Shown: positions 17,121-28,743, counted from the first letter of the stretch. The stretch: DNA of 40,051 bases from Minisyncoccota bacterium (GCA_043728995.1 JAYTLZ010000014.1:1-40051), one strand, 5' to 3'. Made by a program: numbers and translations. The notes: a model not told the origin generated them from the sequence alone.

Positions 17121-17166
17121 AATGGCTCTCACGCATTTCAATATGCATGAGAGCCATTTTCTTTAT
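17121..17166. terminator. bidirectional intrinsic terminator
   Basis: AATGGCTCTCACGCAT-ttcaat-ATGCATGAGAGCCATT has 16-nt arms with 1 mismatch, followed by TTCTTTAT. An A-run lies upstream. Confidence 0.8.
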
Positions 17167-17172
17167 ATACAA

Positions 17173-17793
17173 CTACACAACCTCCTTCAGTTCCGCTTCC
17201 ACGACCCACCTGTCCTGCTTCTGTCCGAACGTATCGCAAGTAGAGATGGTCAGTGTCCTTCCTCCCTTGTCGAACTCCACTAGGACGTCATTCTCGCTCG
17301 CCTGTATCACTGATTGCACCGCATAGATATACTTCTTACCTCCACTAGTCAGCACGATTTCGTCCCCTGCCACTAGATCCTCCAGATTATTGAATGTCTT
17401 GTATGCTGGATTATTCACCACCTTCCAGTTGGTACTGTGCCCGAAGATGAACATGTTCCCGCCCTGGAGCGTTCCTGATCCTGGATAGTAGGTTGCACCT
17501 CGTGCAAGCGCTGCATCTAGTACTGAAACATCCGCGCTGCGAGGAGCCTGGATTACCGAAGACACGCCGATCTTGGCGATCTCGATCTTCTGCGGGACAA
17601 GGTTAGCGTCCTGTGGAGTTGCCGGCTCGTCATCTACTGGCTGTTCAGGCCCGTCCGTGACAGTTACTGGCGGTCGATTGCCCCCGAACTTGAACTGCTC
17701 AGGTACGAACCCTGCAAGTGCCAATATCGCGTATGTCCCCATAAAAATAAGCAGGGTCATTCCTGCGAGATGAATGTAGTCTTTTGATTTCAT
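17173..17793 (-). CDS. sortase-family transpeptidase
   Basis: N-terminal TM anchor, then FIFGHST (His), TLTISTCD (TLxTC Cys) and a downstream RWVV (Arg). The start was taken at MKSKDY (ATG 17791-17793). Confidence 0.85.
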   Translation of the reverse strand: MKSKDYIHLAGMTLLIFMGTYAILALAGFVPEQFKFGGNRPPVTVTDGPEQPVDDEPATPQDANLVPQKIEIAKIGVSSVIQAPRSADVSVLDAALARGATYYPGSGTLQGGNMFIFGHSTNWKVVNNPAYKTFNNLEDLVAGDEIVLTSGGKKYIYAVQSVIQASENDVLVEFDKGGRTLTISTCDTFGQKQDRWVVEAELKEVV

Positions 17794-17799
17794 TGCGCA

Positions 17800-17827
17800 A
17801 TTATACAACACATTTTGTATTTGACAA
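17800..17827 (-). promoter_or_regulatory. promoter of sortase gene, 6 nt from ATG (leaderless candidate)
   Basis: On the minus strand: TTGTCA (plus 17822-17827), 16 nt, TATAAT (plus 17800-17805), then TGCGCA, then ATG. Confidence 0.55.
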
Positions 17828-17900
17828 ATACTGTTTGTGTTTCATTATCAAAATGACTAAATTGACAAAGGCACGTTTTCCTATAACTTGTTCCTTAGAC

Positions 17901-18317
17901 ATGAACAAACCCTACAAACCGTTGGCGCTCGAAATTTTTGGAGCGAGGATGCAGCGTATGATCAATGCAATCCGAGAGGACCCCAAAAAAAGTATCCGTG
18001 ATGCTAATCCGGAAGGAAGATGGGGGCTGTACCCCGCAAACCATAAAAAACTGTTGGCCGAACTGACTTCCGCTGTTCACGAAGGACTGGATGACTGTGC
18101 ATTACACACAACATTCCTGGATCGTTATGCACTGGCAGAAGTCAATCTTCTAACCACTGTGCTTTTAACCGGACATATAGGACCGGATAAGCTACACGGC
18201 GCGTACGAAGACTTTAAATCCTACCCAGGCATGGCCGACTTGTCAGAACGAGACTTTTATTTTTTCGTTTCGCACATATTACTAGACCACATACAAAAAA
18301 TTAGAGAATCCATCTAG
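17901..18317 (+). CDS. hypothetical protein
   Basis: ORF 17784..18317. Candidate starts are ATG 17853 (MTKLTK) or ATG 17901 (MNKPYK). A terminator lies at 18332-18360. Confidence 0.5.
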   Translation: MNKPYKPLALEIFGARMQRMINAIREDPKKSIRDANPEGRWGLYPANHKKLLAELTSAVHEGLDDCALHTTFLDRYALAEVNLLTTVLLTGHIGPDKLHGAYEDFKSYPGMADLSERDFYFFVSHILLDHIQKIRESI

Positions 18318-18331
18318 GAACTGATTTTAAT

Positions 18332-18360
18332 GGCCGCGCGCAAGCGCGGCCTTCTTTTAT
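18332..18360 (+). terminator. intrinsic terminator
   Basis: GGCCGCGC-gcaa-GCGCGGCC followed by TTCTTTTAT. Confidence 0.8.
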
Positions 18361-18418
18361 AAAGCAAAACAAACGCTTTCTTGTAAAACTGCCCCGTTTT
18401 GGGTATTATGTCACTAAT

Positions 18419-18504
18419 GCGTAGATGGCAGAGCGGTCAATTGCAAGGGACTGTAAATCCCTCGCCTTCGGGCTACGTGGGTTCGAATCCCTCTCTGCGC
18501 ACCA
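18419..18504 (+). tRNA. tRNA-Tyr (GTA), long variable arm, CCA encoded
   Basis: Acceptor GCGTAGA pairs with TCTGCGC (one G-U). The anticodon arm is AGGGA-CTGTAAA-TCCCT. The T-loop is TTCGAAT and the 3' end is ACCA. Confidence 0.9.
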
Positions 18505-18508
18505 AAGT

Positions 18509-18536
18509 TCCAGGCCTCACGGCCTGGATTTTGTAT
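18509..18536 (+). terminator. intrinsic terminator after tRNA-Tyr
   Basis: TCCAGGCC-tcac-GGCCTGGA followed by TTTTGTATT. Confidence 0.75.
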
Positions 18537-18575
18537 TAGGTTTAGCCCGTTTTTCAAATGTGCTATGATGAACGG

Positions 18576-18785
18576 ATGCTACGGATACCCGTCACATCTA
18601 GTGACATAAAGTCGATAGGTTACGACCCTGATAATCTTATACTTGAGATTGAATTTCTTTCTGGAGGAACGTACAGATACTTCGGCATTCCCCCGCATCT
18701 GCATAAAGAGTTTATGCATGCAGATTCGAAGGGAAAATTCCTACATGCCTTTATCAAGTTTAGCTACCGCTACCAGCGAGTATAA
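18576..18785 (+). CDS. KTSC-domain small protein
   Basis: MLRIPVTSSDIKSIGYDPDNLILEIEFLSGGTYRYFGIPPHLHKEFMHADSKGKFLHAFIK matches my memory of the KTSC domain pattern (S.I..IGYD.....L.V.F..G..Y.Y..VP...........S.G.F). Confidence 0.7.
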   Translation: MLRIPVTSSDIKSIGYDPDNLILEIEFLSGGTYRYFGIPPHLHKEFMHADSKGKFLHAFIKFSYRYQRV

Positions 18786-18798
18786 ATCTAGGCACCGA

Positions 18799-19539
18799 AT
18801 GTTTAATCCCAAGACCAAAAGAATAGAGGAAATTGCGAAGATTAACCCTAACCCCATAGTTCAACTCGAAGGACTCTTTGGACCAGTCACAAGAATGTAT
18901 ATCGACTATGCTAACGTTCGGCCATGGAGCACTAAGCTAGGCTGGCACGTAGACCTCGGAAGGCTCAAGCAATTTTTCGATTCATTCGATACGACAGACG
19001 CAATAACTATCTATAATGGGTATATAGAAGGGGACATTCGTTCCGAACAGGAAATAAAGCAAGCAGAAAAACAGAAATATATAGTGAGGACAAAACCAGT
19101 AAAGAAGATGCGGCTCGCAATCGACGCATCGAGCATACCCAGCGACTCTACCGCTCTCTTGGACCAGTTCGTCAAGCGTTGCTTATTGAGGAAATTTGAG
19201 CTGGGAACTGTAGAATACCTTAACGAACGTTTCAGGGACATGAACAAAAAGGGCGAGTACTTTATCGAGGATCGCAAGTGTAACTTTGATGTTGAAATAG
19301 GAGTAGACATGTTGATGGATCACGAGAAAGAAATTGCTGACACATTCGCTCTCTGGAGCGGAGACAGCGATTTCTTTGATCCACTTGAGAAACTGCTCAA
19401 GGCAGGAAAACGAGTTATTCTCTTCGCGACCACAGGAAAGGTTTCCAGAGAACTATCCCTCCTTAGAAGCCAGGGTCTCATTATTTTCGAGGTTAAGAAG
19501 ATAAGGAACTTTATCTGCTGGAAAAAAGAGGTTCAATAA
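18799..19539 (+). CDS. NYN/LabA-like (PIN-related) domain protein
   Basis: MYIDYANV, NFDVEIGVDM and SGDSDFFDPL motifs are typical of NYN/LabA nucleases. The ATG is at 18799. Confidence 0.75.
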   Translation: MFNPKTKRIEEIAKINPNPIVQLEGLFGPVTRMYIDYANVRPWSTKLGWHVDLGRLKQFFDSFDTTDAITIYNGYIEGDIRSEQEIKQAEKQKYIVRTKPVKKMRLAIDASSIPSDSTALLDQFVKRCLLRKFELGTVEYLNERFRDMNKKGEYFIEDRKCNFDVEIGVDMLMDHEKEIADTFALWSGDSDFFDPLEKLLKAGKRVILFATTGKVSRELSLLRSQGLIIFEVKKIRNFICWKKEVQ

Positions 19540-19690
19540 AGCAAAAGGGACCCGGTGAAGGGCCCCTAAGCTCTAGAATTATTGACTTTTAGGTCAATAA
19601 CAGTATAGCACTCGACTTGTCATTGTCAACTGATTGAAGACTGCCAATCTTTTTCTTTATACCCAACACATTTTTTGATATACTTTCCCC

Positions 19691-19942
19691 ATGACTACAG
19701 AAATACCAACACAGGCACCAAAGGCGCCGGCATTATCAAGCGAGAGAAAAGCTTTTATTGGAAACCTTCTGACTATCGGAGGAGCAATCTTCCTCCTGGC
19801 AGGACTGATGTTCTTCATCACACTCATGTGTGCACTCAAGCTCAAGCTTGATATCCTCACATCATTCCTTATCGGATCGCTTATCGTAGGAGTCGCGTCG
19901 TTTGCGACAGGACTTTCACTCGTAGGTTCAAAGATCAAATAG
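19691..19942 (+). CDS. small two-TM membrane protein
   Basis: 83 aa with two hydrophobic helices. A terminator lies downstream. Confidence 0.55.
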   Translation: MTTEIPTQAPKAPALSSERKAFIGNLLTIGGAIFLLAGLMFFITLMCALKLKLDILTSFLIGSLIVGVASFATGLSLVGSKIK

Positions 19943-20005
19943 TTTCAAACGCATTTACAAAAACCCGATGTGTGCCCAAGGACGCGTCACTTGATTCCAT
20001 TCATA

Positions 20006-20047
20006 CAAAAAGCCCGACCGCTGTCCTGCACAGCATCGGGCTTTTTG
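20006..20047. terminator. bidirectional intrinsic terminator
   Basis: AAAAAGCCCGA..GCTGT-cctgc-ACAGC..TCGGGCTTTTT lies between convergent ORF 19691..19942 and clpB. Confidence 0.75.
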
Positions 20048-20063
20048 TAATGAGTTTAAAGTA

Positions 20064-22754
<2,691 letters not shown>

Positions 22755-22805
22755 ATAGTTGGATTAGAGTATTAGTATACAATGTTTTTATAAAAAATCA
22801 AGGAC

Positions 22806-23606
22806 CTACGACGCCGGTATCTGGGACCTGAAGACATTGGCTGGCATGAACGTCGCCTTGTCCTCTACTGCCGCTGTCTTGATCCCTACAATTGATCCCT
22901 GCAGGTTCAGCAGCACGCTTCCGACCAGTACGTTGGTCGGGTCCACGGACGTCTTGACTGACGTAATCGCACCGTCGGTTGTCGTCGGTAGGCTTGTGAC
23001 TGAGGCTGTCGACACGCTGGTATCGCGCGAACCCGACAGGGATATCACGCTCTGGGCAAGCTTGAGCGTTGAAGAGTCTCCGAACGTCGCAGGTACGAAG
23101 TTGCCCGGTGAATCTCCCCGGATCTCAAGCGTGATGAAGTCCGCTGTCTCACTGCCTGACTTGTACCTGACGACGTAGGACTGCGTGCCAAGGCGTACGG
23201 TGTACTCCGCGACCTTGCTGACCATCCTCTTGTCCACGACGATGTTGCCCGCTGAGTTTACGATGATACCCATGGTGATGAAGTCCGTGTTCCGTCCGGA
23301 ATAAATCCGCACGATGCTCAGCTCGTTCTTAGTTACGGCATTGATCGTCTGGTCCTCTTGGTTGACGACGACAGTCACCACCTCCTTTTCGGGCTGAGGG
23401 GTCTGCGTAATGATGTTCTTGATCTGCTCGATCGGCTCATTGGACGCAACTGTCTCGACAGTTCGCTCGATCACCCTATTAATCGTCTGAGTAACGGGCC
23501 CTGGTCCCTGCTGCATGAGCGAGACGACAGTTATACCGGTAGCAATCGAGGTAACGAAGCTTACCAGCAAGCACAAGAGGATGATCTGCTGGGTGTTTAG
23601 AATCAT
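22806..23606 (-). CDS. membrane-anchored trypsin/HtrA-like protein with apparently degenerate catalytic triad
   Basis: It has an N-terminal TM segment. Three HtrA-like blocks are visible by eye. MGIIVNSAGNIVVDKRMV has no His where ...TNNHVV is expected. ADFITLEI resembles D.ALLK. VLVGSVLLNLQGSIVGI sits where GNSGGPLVN..G.vVGI is expected. Confidence 0.55.
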   Translation of the reverse strand: MILNTQQIILLCLLVSFVTSIATGITVVSLMQQGPGPVTQTINRVIERTVETVASNEPIEQIKNIITQTPQPEKEVVTVVVNQEDQTINAVTKNELSIVRIYSGRNTDFITMGIIVNSAGNIVVDKRMVSKVAEYTVRLGTQSYVVRYKSGSETADFITLEIRGDSPGNFVPATFGDSSTLKLAQSVISLSGSRDTSVSTASVTSLPTTTDGAITSVKTSVDPTNVLVGSVLLNLQGSIVGIKTAAVEDKATFMPANVFRSQIPAS

Positions 23607-23633
23607 GGTTAGATTCTAGCATTTTTGACGAAA

Positions 23634-23670
23634 GAGTAAAAGAAAGGGCCCGCGACTTGCGTCGCGGGCC
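23634..23670 (-). terminator. intrinsic terminator
   Basis: GGCCCGCGAC-ttgc-GTCGCGGGCC is followed on the minus strand by CTTTCTTTTAC. Confidence 0.75.
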
Positions 23671-23685
23671 GGGAACTCACTCAAT

Positions 23686-24576
23686 TTACTCCGACTCAAG
23701 ACCAACACGTGAAGATGTGCTACCGGCACTTTCCTCTCCAGATTGGACCAGGCCTCGTTCAGCGGCCCTCATGAACTCACGAGGGTTATGGGTACTGAGT
23801 AAGTCATCGCCATCTTTTTCATTGATGAAACGTGCAAACTTTTCCGCAAGCTCAAGGGGCGTAGTTTTCTCACAATCCAGGTCGCATACCCATGTAACGT
23901 CTGGCTTCTTGATCTTCATGCCGTCCGATGAAAGTTCGAGTCGTGCAAAGAAATGTGCCCCTTTGCAATCGTCATCGGAACCGACTCTTGTTCTGCATTC
24001 GACTTCGAAGTGGACATACGCGATCTTGCCCACAATCTTTTCATTCATGACTTCGACCCGCTCGTAACGCGGAACGTTAACCCCGTTTGGGATGCCAAGT
24101 GGATCACGCCCGATCTGGTCTCGCACAATTTCCTCGCAAGCACTATTGATAAGGCCTTTGGTGAAAATGTTCGCACGAAATCCGATCACCTGATGCTGAA
24201 TCTTCTTTTTGTCAATTTTTCCCGCGATCAGACTATTAAGCAAACGAGAGCCTCGCACTTCGGCATTCATTGTTTTTGAATACAACAACCTAAATGGGTA
24301 AGCCATCACATCAAATACGAGAGCTGGAAGAACATATATAAGCCAATAATGGGGATAGACCACTCCGTTAGTAATAAGGGCCGGGACGACTGCTGAAATA
24401 AAACTTATACCAAGTGCCATACCGAACCCAACCGAAACAAAAGGCAATGCCAATAATGCACCGAGAAAAATCGGTAGAATAAAAATGCATACACCTAGAA
24501 AAAAACTTATGTCTTCGTAGTCCAGTGCTCTGCCGTAATAATCTGCCAGACGTCTTGAAAAGTTGGTTACTTTCAT
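23686..24576 (-). CDS. membrane protein with cytoplasmic or extracytoplasmic globular C-terminal domain, unknown function
   Basis: 296 aa with 3-4 N-terminal hydrophobic helices. No family recognised. Confidence 0.6.
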   Translation of the reverse strand: MKVTNFSRRLADYYGRALDYEDISFFLGVCIFILPIFLGALLALPFVSVGFGMALGISFISAVVPALITNGVVYPHYWLIYVLPALVFDVMAYPFRLLYSKTMNAEVRGSRLLNSLIAGKIDKKKIQHQVIGFRANIFTKGLINSACEEIVRDQIGRDPLGIPNGVNVPRYERVEVMNEKIVGKIAYVHFEVECRTRVGSDDDCKGAHFFARLELSSDGMKIKKPDVTWVCDLDCEKTTPLELAEKFARFINEKDGDDLLSTHNPREFMRAAERGLVQSGEESAGSTSSRVGLESE

Positions 24577-24636
24577 CTATGTGTTGGTTTGAGTTGAGAA
24601 TGAAACGAACTATCGAAACCAACAATAAAACTTTAT

Positions 24637-25854
24637 TTATATACTGTCAATGTTCTGCTTTCGGCATACAGCCGCAAGAAGCCGTACTGCTTTTTTAACT
24701 TCATTCACAGTCGTATTCCGTCCAAAAGAAAATCTCAGTGAGGACGCGGCGCACTCCGGCTTGCCAATCGCCTCGATGACTTGTGACTTAGGTGTCCCCT
24801 TCGCGCTGGCACATGCGGTCATGGCAGAACAGTTCACACCGAGCTCGTCCAGCTGGATCACTGCAAAGTCAGAATTGAGTCGCTGTATACAAATATTGAG
24901 AATATGTGGGACGCGAGCACTCTCGTTGCCATTCAGCTCGTATGCGATCCCTGTTTTGGAAAGTTCGTCCAAAAAAACTGCGCGTAAATTTTCAAAATAC
25001 TTGGTGTCTCTTTCCTTAGAAGTTTTGGTCAGCGCAAGCGCGACAGACAGCCCGATAATCCCCGACGCGTTCTCAGTCCCCGACCGCAGTCCGAACTCCT
25101 GTCCTCCTCCATATATAAGCGGTTCAAGAGGAACGTGCTGCTTGCGAATCAGTAGACCAGTCATCTTGGGCGCATAGATCTTGGAGCCGTCGATCGAGAT
25201 CATGTCCACACCTAGCTTTGACATCCCAACATCCTCGGTTAGCATCGCCTGGCTTGCATCAGTATGTATAAAAGGATACTGGGTGAAGGGTCGCTTCAGC
25301 TTGTTCTTGTACCTCTTGATCAGGCTCGATACCTTATGTATCGGCTGAATCGTACCGATCTCGTTGGACACCATGATCACCGATATCAGAATCGTTCGCT
25401 CCGTCAGCTTCTTTTCCAAATCCTGCGTGTCGAGCGTACCCCTCTCGTTCACGAGAACAATATCAATATCGATTCCCATCTTTTTCAAAACAGGAATGCA
25501 CTCAGAAACAGCAGGGTGCTCAATTTCAGAAAACAGCATGTGCGGTTTGAAATCAACATGCTCCACGGCATGCCGTGCGAGTCCGAGTATCGCCAAGTTG
25601 TTCGATTCTGTTCCTCCTTGGGTAAAGATGACTTCGCTGTCCTTAGACTGAAACATACGTGCAATCTCAACACGATGCGCTCGAATCTCCTTCTTCACCT
25701 TCTGCGCATCCATGTAGCTGGATGATGGATTAAAAAACTGCTCCGTCAGATACGGTCGCATGGCCCTCACCACCTCGGGCGCAACCGGCGTCGTTGACGC
25801 ATAGTCCAGGTAAATGTTCCTCCTGTTTATAAAATTATTTAAAAATGAGTTCAT
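24637..25854 (-). CDS. cysteine desulfurase (class V aminotransferase, NifS/IscS-like)
   Basis: FTQGGTESNNLA, SIDGSKIYAPK (PLP-Lys region) and AMTACASAKG (active-site Cys loop). Confidence 0.88.
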   Translation of the reverse strand: MNSFLNNFINRRNIYLDYASTTPVAPEVVRAMRPYLTEQFFNPSSSYMDAQKVKKEIRAHRVEIARMFQSKDSEVIFTQGGTESNNLAILGLARHAVEHVDFKPHMLFSEIEHPAVSECIPVLKKMGIDIDIVLVNERGTLDTQDLEKKLTERTILISVIMVSNEIGTIQPIHKVSSLIKRYKNKLKRPFTQYPFIHTDASQAMLTEDVGMSKLGVDMISIDGSKIYAPKMTGLLIRKQHVPLEPLIYGGGQEFGLRSGTENASGIIGLSVALALTKTSKERDTKYFENLRAVFLDELSKTGIAYELNGNESARVPHILNICIQRLNSDFAVIQLDELGVNCSAMTACASAKGTPKSQVIEAIGKPECAASSLRFSFGRNTTVNEVKKAVRLLAAVCRKQNIDSI

Positions 25855-25872
25855 ACTGTATAATCTTCAATT

Positions 25873-26352
25873 ATGTTAGGCGTATTTGACCAGACCACGA
25901 TCCTTTTTGCAATAGCGTCAGCTATCATTCTAATCCTTGCAGGTTGGATTTCCTATCTGCATTACCGGTTCAATCGACTCGTCCGAACGGCCCACAAGGA
26001 CAATATAGAGAAGAGTCTGGTCGAGATCTATGACTATCTGGAAAAGAACCACAAGCAGAACCATGACATAGTCGCATCACTCAAGGTGCTTGATCGCAAG
26101 GTGCACACATCTCCAAGAGGACTCGGTCTCGTCCTCTTCAAGGCGTTCGACGGCGTAAAGTCCGGCGGCTCAAACAGCTTCGCCCTTGCACTTATTAATG
26201 AGAAGGGTGACGGCGCGATCGTCTCGACACTCCATTCCCGCGACCGCGTGAACGTCTATTCCAAGGCGATCCAGGGCTTTAAGGCGCTTGTTTTGCTTAC
26301 CGACGAGGAGCAGGACGCCTTGACAAAAGCCCAAAAATCTTTAAGTTTGTAG
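25873..26352 (+). CDS. DUF4446-like membrane-anchored protein
   Basis: It has an N-terminal TM segment. The segment GLVLFKAFDGVKSGGSNSFALALINEKGDGAIVSTLHSRDRVNVYSKAI resembles the DUF4446 consensus as I remember it. Confidence 0.6.
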   Translation: MLGVFDQTTILFAIASAIILILAGWISYLHYRFNRLVRTAHKDNIEKSLVEIYDYLEKNHKQNHDIVASLKVLDRKVHTSPRGLGLVLFKAFDGVKSGGSNSFALALINEKGDGAIVSTLHSRDRVNVYSKAIQGFKALVLLTDEEQDALTKAQKSLSL

Positions 26353-26370
26353 TATAACTTCCATATTCTC

Positions 26371-27879
26371 ATGCCCAACACTTCTCACACAACAGAAGCG
26401 AGTATTGCTCGCCCGCCCGTAGTCGCCATCATGGGACACATTGACCACGGCAAGTCTACCTTGCTCGACTTCATCCGCAAGTCGAACGTCGTTGCCAAGG
26501 AGGCCGGTGGAATCACCCAGCACATAGGCGCGTACGAGGTCGAGAAAGACCAGAACGGAGAGAAGAAGCGAATTACCTTTTTGGACACTCCTGGACACGA
26601 GGCATTCTGCAGCGTGCGTGAGCGTGGAGCCAAGATCGCTGACATCGCGGTGCTTATCGTTTCTGCCGAGGATGGCGTAAAGACACAGACCAAGGAGGCA
26701 TTGAACTGCATCAAGGACGCAGGACTTCCGTTTGTTGTCGCAATCAACAAGATCGACTCACCTAAGGCAAACGTCGACATCACCAAAGCGTCACTCATCG
26801 AGAACGAGGTATATCTCGAAGGACTTGGAGGAAGCATCTCGTATGCGGAGATTTCTGCCAAGACAGGACAAGGCATCGACGATCTGCTCGACGTCATCCT
26901 ATTGACTGCAGAGATCGAGGACTTCAAGGCAAACAAGGTATCTGCCGGAACAGGATTTGTCGTAGAAGCCAACAAGGACAAGTTCAAGGGAGTGACGGCA
27001 ACGCTCATCCTCAAGGACGGTACGGCTCGCAAGGGCGACTTCATCGTGACGACTGAGACATACTCTCCTATTCGATCAATCATCGACCAGAACAACAAGC
27101 AGGTCGATTCGATCTCTTTTTCTACGCCTTTCACCGTTTCTGGATTCGACCAGCTGCCCGCAGCCGGTGAGCCTTTCCAGATCGTGAAGAACAAGAAGGA
27201 TGCAGAGGAATACATTTTGAATAATAAATCGAACGTAAAGGTGGAGAACGTAACCGAGAAGGCCAGCGACGATCACGTGTACCTGCCCGTCATCATCAAG
27301 TCTGATGTAGTCGGCAGCAAGGAGGCCATCGAGTTCGAACTACGAAAGATAAACGTCAACCACGTAGCGATCAAAGTCATCAGGTCAGAGACCGGTGACA
27401 TCTCGGAGTCCGACGCCAAGCTCGCGCTGACTAACGACAAGACGGTCATCATCTCCTTTAACGTAAAGACAGACGCGCAGGCGCGAAGCATCATCGAGAG
27501 GAATAATACTCCAATCAAGAACTTCTCAATTATTTATGAGATCCCTGCGTGGATCAAGGAAATCGCGGAGAGCGTGCAGCCAACCGTCATGAAGGAAGAG
27601 GTTGTTGCAGAGGTAAAGGTGCTCAAGATCTTCGGAGCGATCAAGAAGCTGCAGATCATCGGTGCCAAGGTTCGAACAGGAACGGTCGAGAAGGGTCTCA
27701 AGTTCAAGATTATCAGACGGACAGAGGAAATCGGTCACGGCGCACTCAAGGGACTGCAGCGAGCCAAGCAGGAAGTGGACAGCGTACCAGAGCCTGAGGA
27801 GTTCGGTTGCGTGGTTGATACCAAGATAGAACTGGCCGAGAGCGACATCCTTCAGGTACTTAAGATGATCCAACAGTAA
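26371..27879 (+). CDS. infB: translation initiation factor IF-2 (short form, starts at G domain)
   Basis: RPPVVAIMGHIDHGKSTLLD (G1), DTPGHEAF (G3) and NKID (G4). 502 aa. Confidence 0.95.
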   Translation: MPNTSHTTEASIARPPVVAIMGHIDHGKSTLLDFIRKSNVVAKEAGGITQHIGAYEVEKDQNGEKKRITFLDTPGHEAFCSVRERGAKIADIAVLIVSAEDGVKTQTKEALNCIKDAGLPFVVAINKIDSPKANVDITKASLIENEVYLEGLGGSISYAEISAKTGQGIDDLLDVILLTAEIEDFKANKVSAGTGFVVEANKDKFKGVTATLILKDGTARKGDFIVTTETYSPIRSIIDQNNKQVDSISFSTPFTVSGFDQLPAAGEPFQIVKNKKDAEEYILNNKSNVKVENVTEKASDDHVYLPVIIKSDVVGSKEAIEFELRKINVNHVAIKVIRSETGDISESDAKLALTNDKTVIISFNVKTDAQARSIIERNNTPIKNFSIIYEIPAWIKEIAESVQPTVMKEEVVAEVKVLKIFGAIKKLQIIGAKVRTGTVEKGLKFKIIRRTEEIGHGALKGLQRAKQEVDSVPEPEEFGCVVDTKIELAESDILQVLKMIQQ

Positions 27880-27880
27880 T

Positions 27881-28240
27881 ATGTCAGACTTCAGACAAGA
27901 AAAGGTGGAGCAGCTCATCCAGCGACTAGCCGGAGAGTTCATCGAGCGAGAGTCCAACAGGAACTCGCTTATTACCGTTACTCGCGTATATATCCCGACT
28001 GACCTCAAGACCGCGTCAATCATGTTCACCGTGTTGCCCGAGGGACACGAGCAGAACGCGCTGAACTTCCTCAAGCGATCCCGCGGAGACTTCAAGGACT
28101 ATTTCAAGAAGCACGCCAAGGTGGGACGAATCCCCTTCTTTGACTTCCAGCTCGACAAGGGAGAGAAGATTGCTCAGCGAATTCGAGAGCTCGAGACTGA
28201 GCAGGATGAAGTTAAGCCTGAGGACTCCCCTGCGGCCTAA
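27881..28240 (+). CDS. rbfA: ribosome-binding factor A
   Basis: It lies directly after infB. The RbfA-like pattern is present (R..KVEQLIQR...EFI.......LITVTRV....DLK.A.I.F). The tail is acidic. Confidence 0.8.
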   Translation: MSDFRQEKVEQLIQRLAGEFIERESNRNSLITVTRVYIPTDLKTASIMFTVLPEGHEQNALNFLKRSRGDFKDYFKKHAKVGRIPFFDFQLDKGEKIAQRIRELETEQDEVKPEDSPAA

Positions 28241-28352
28241 TTATTCATACCGTCAAAAACAATACGGCACACTGTATACAGGGTCACTAGACTTTTATAA
28301 TATTTTGGATACTATTCTAGGCAGATTACCCCAACCAAACAAAGGAGACACA

Positions 28353-28721
28353 ATGGCAGCAAAGACAAAGGATTTGGCATCATTATTTGGCAAAGATCTT
28401 ACAGGATTCAAAATCATTGAAACTGTCGAGGTCTATCGTCTCATTCAACCCGGTGCATATGGCACGGGAGGAGTACGCAAATATTCGTTCGGTTATTTTA
28501 TCAATTCGAAATTGGCCGGTTTACTTGCAGCGACAAACAAGAAAAAAGGATACCAGACCAGGAACGCCTTAGTACTTACGAACGGCACGGATACCTATGA
28601 TCTTGAAGCGCGAATTAATATCCAGTTTGCGGACGAGAAGGTAACAGCTCACGACCTTCGCCAAGACGCACTCAGGGTCCTTTCGTCTGAACAGCGTCAG
28701 ATTCTCGAAATGAAACATTGA
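28353..28721 (+). CDS. hypothetical protein
   Basis: The ATG at 28353 is preceded by the SD AAAGGAG (28341-28347). 122 aa, with a terminator downstream. Confidence 0.65.
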   Translation: MAAKTKDLASLFGKDLTGFKIIETVEVYRLIQPGAYGTGGVRKYSFGYFINSKLAGLLAATNKKKGYQTRNALVLTNGTDTYDLEARINIQFADEKVTAHDLRQDALRVLSSEQRQILEMKH

Positions 28722-28743
28722 TAAGACCAGCAAGAAAAAAACG

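Noticed and set aside
26385-27215. 276-aa minus-strand ORF
   Set aside because: It is antisense to infB, whose GTPase motifs are unambiguous.
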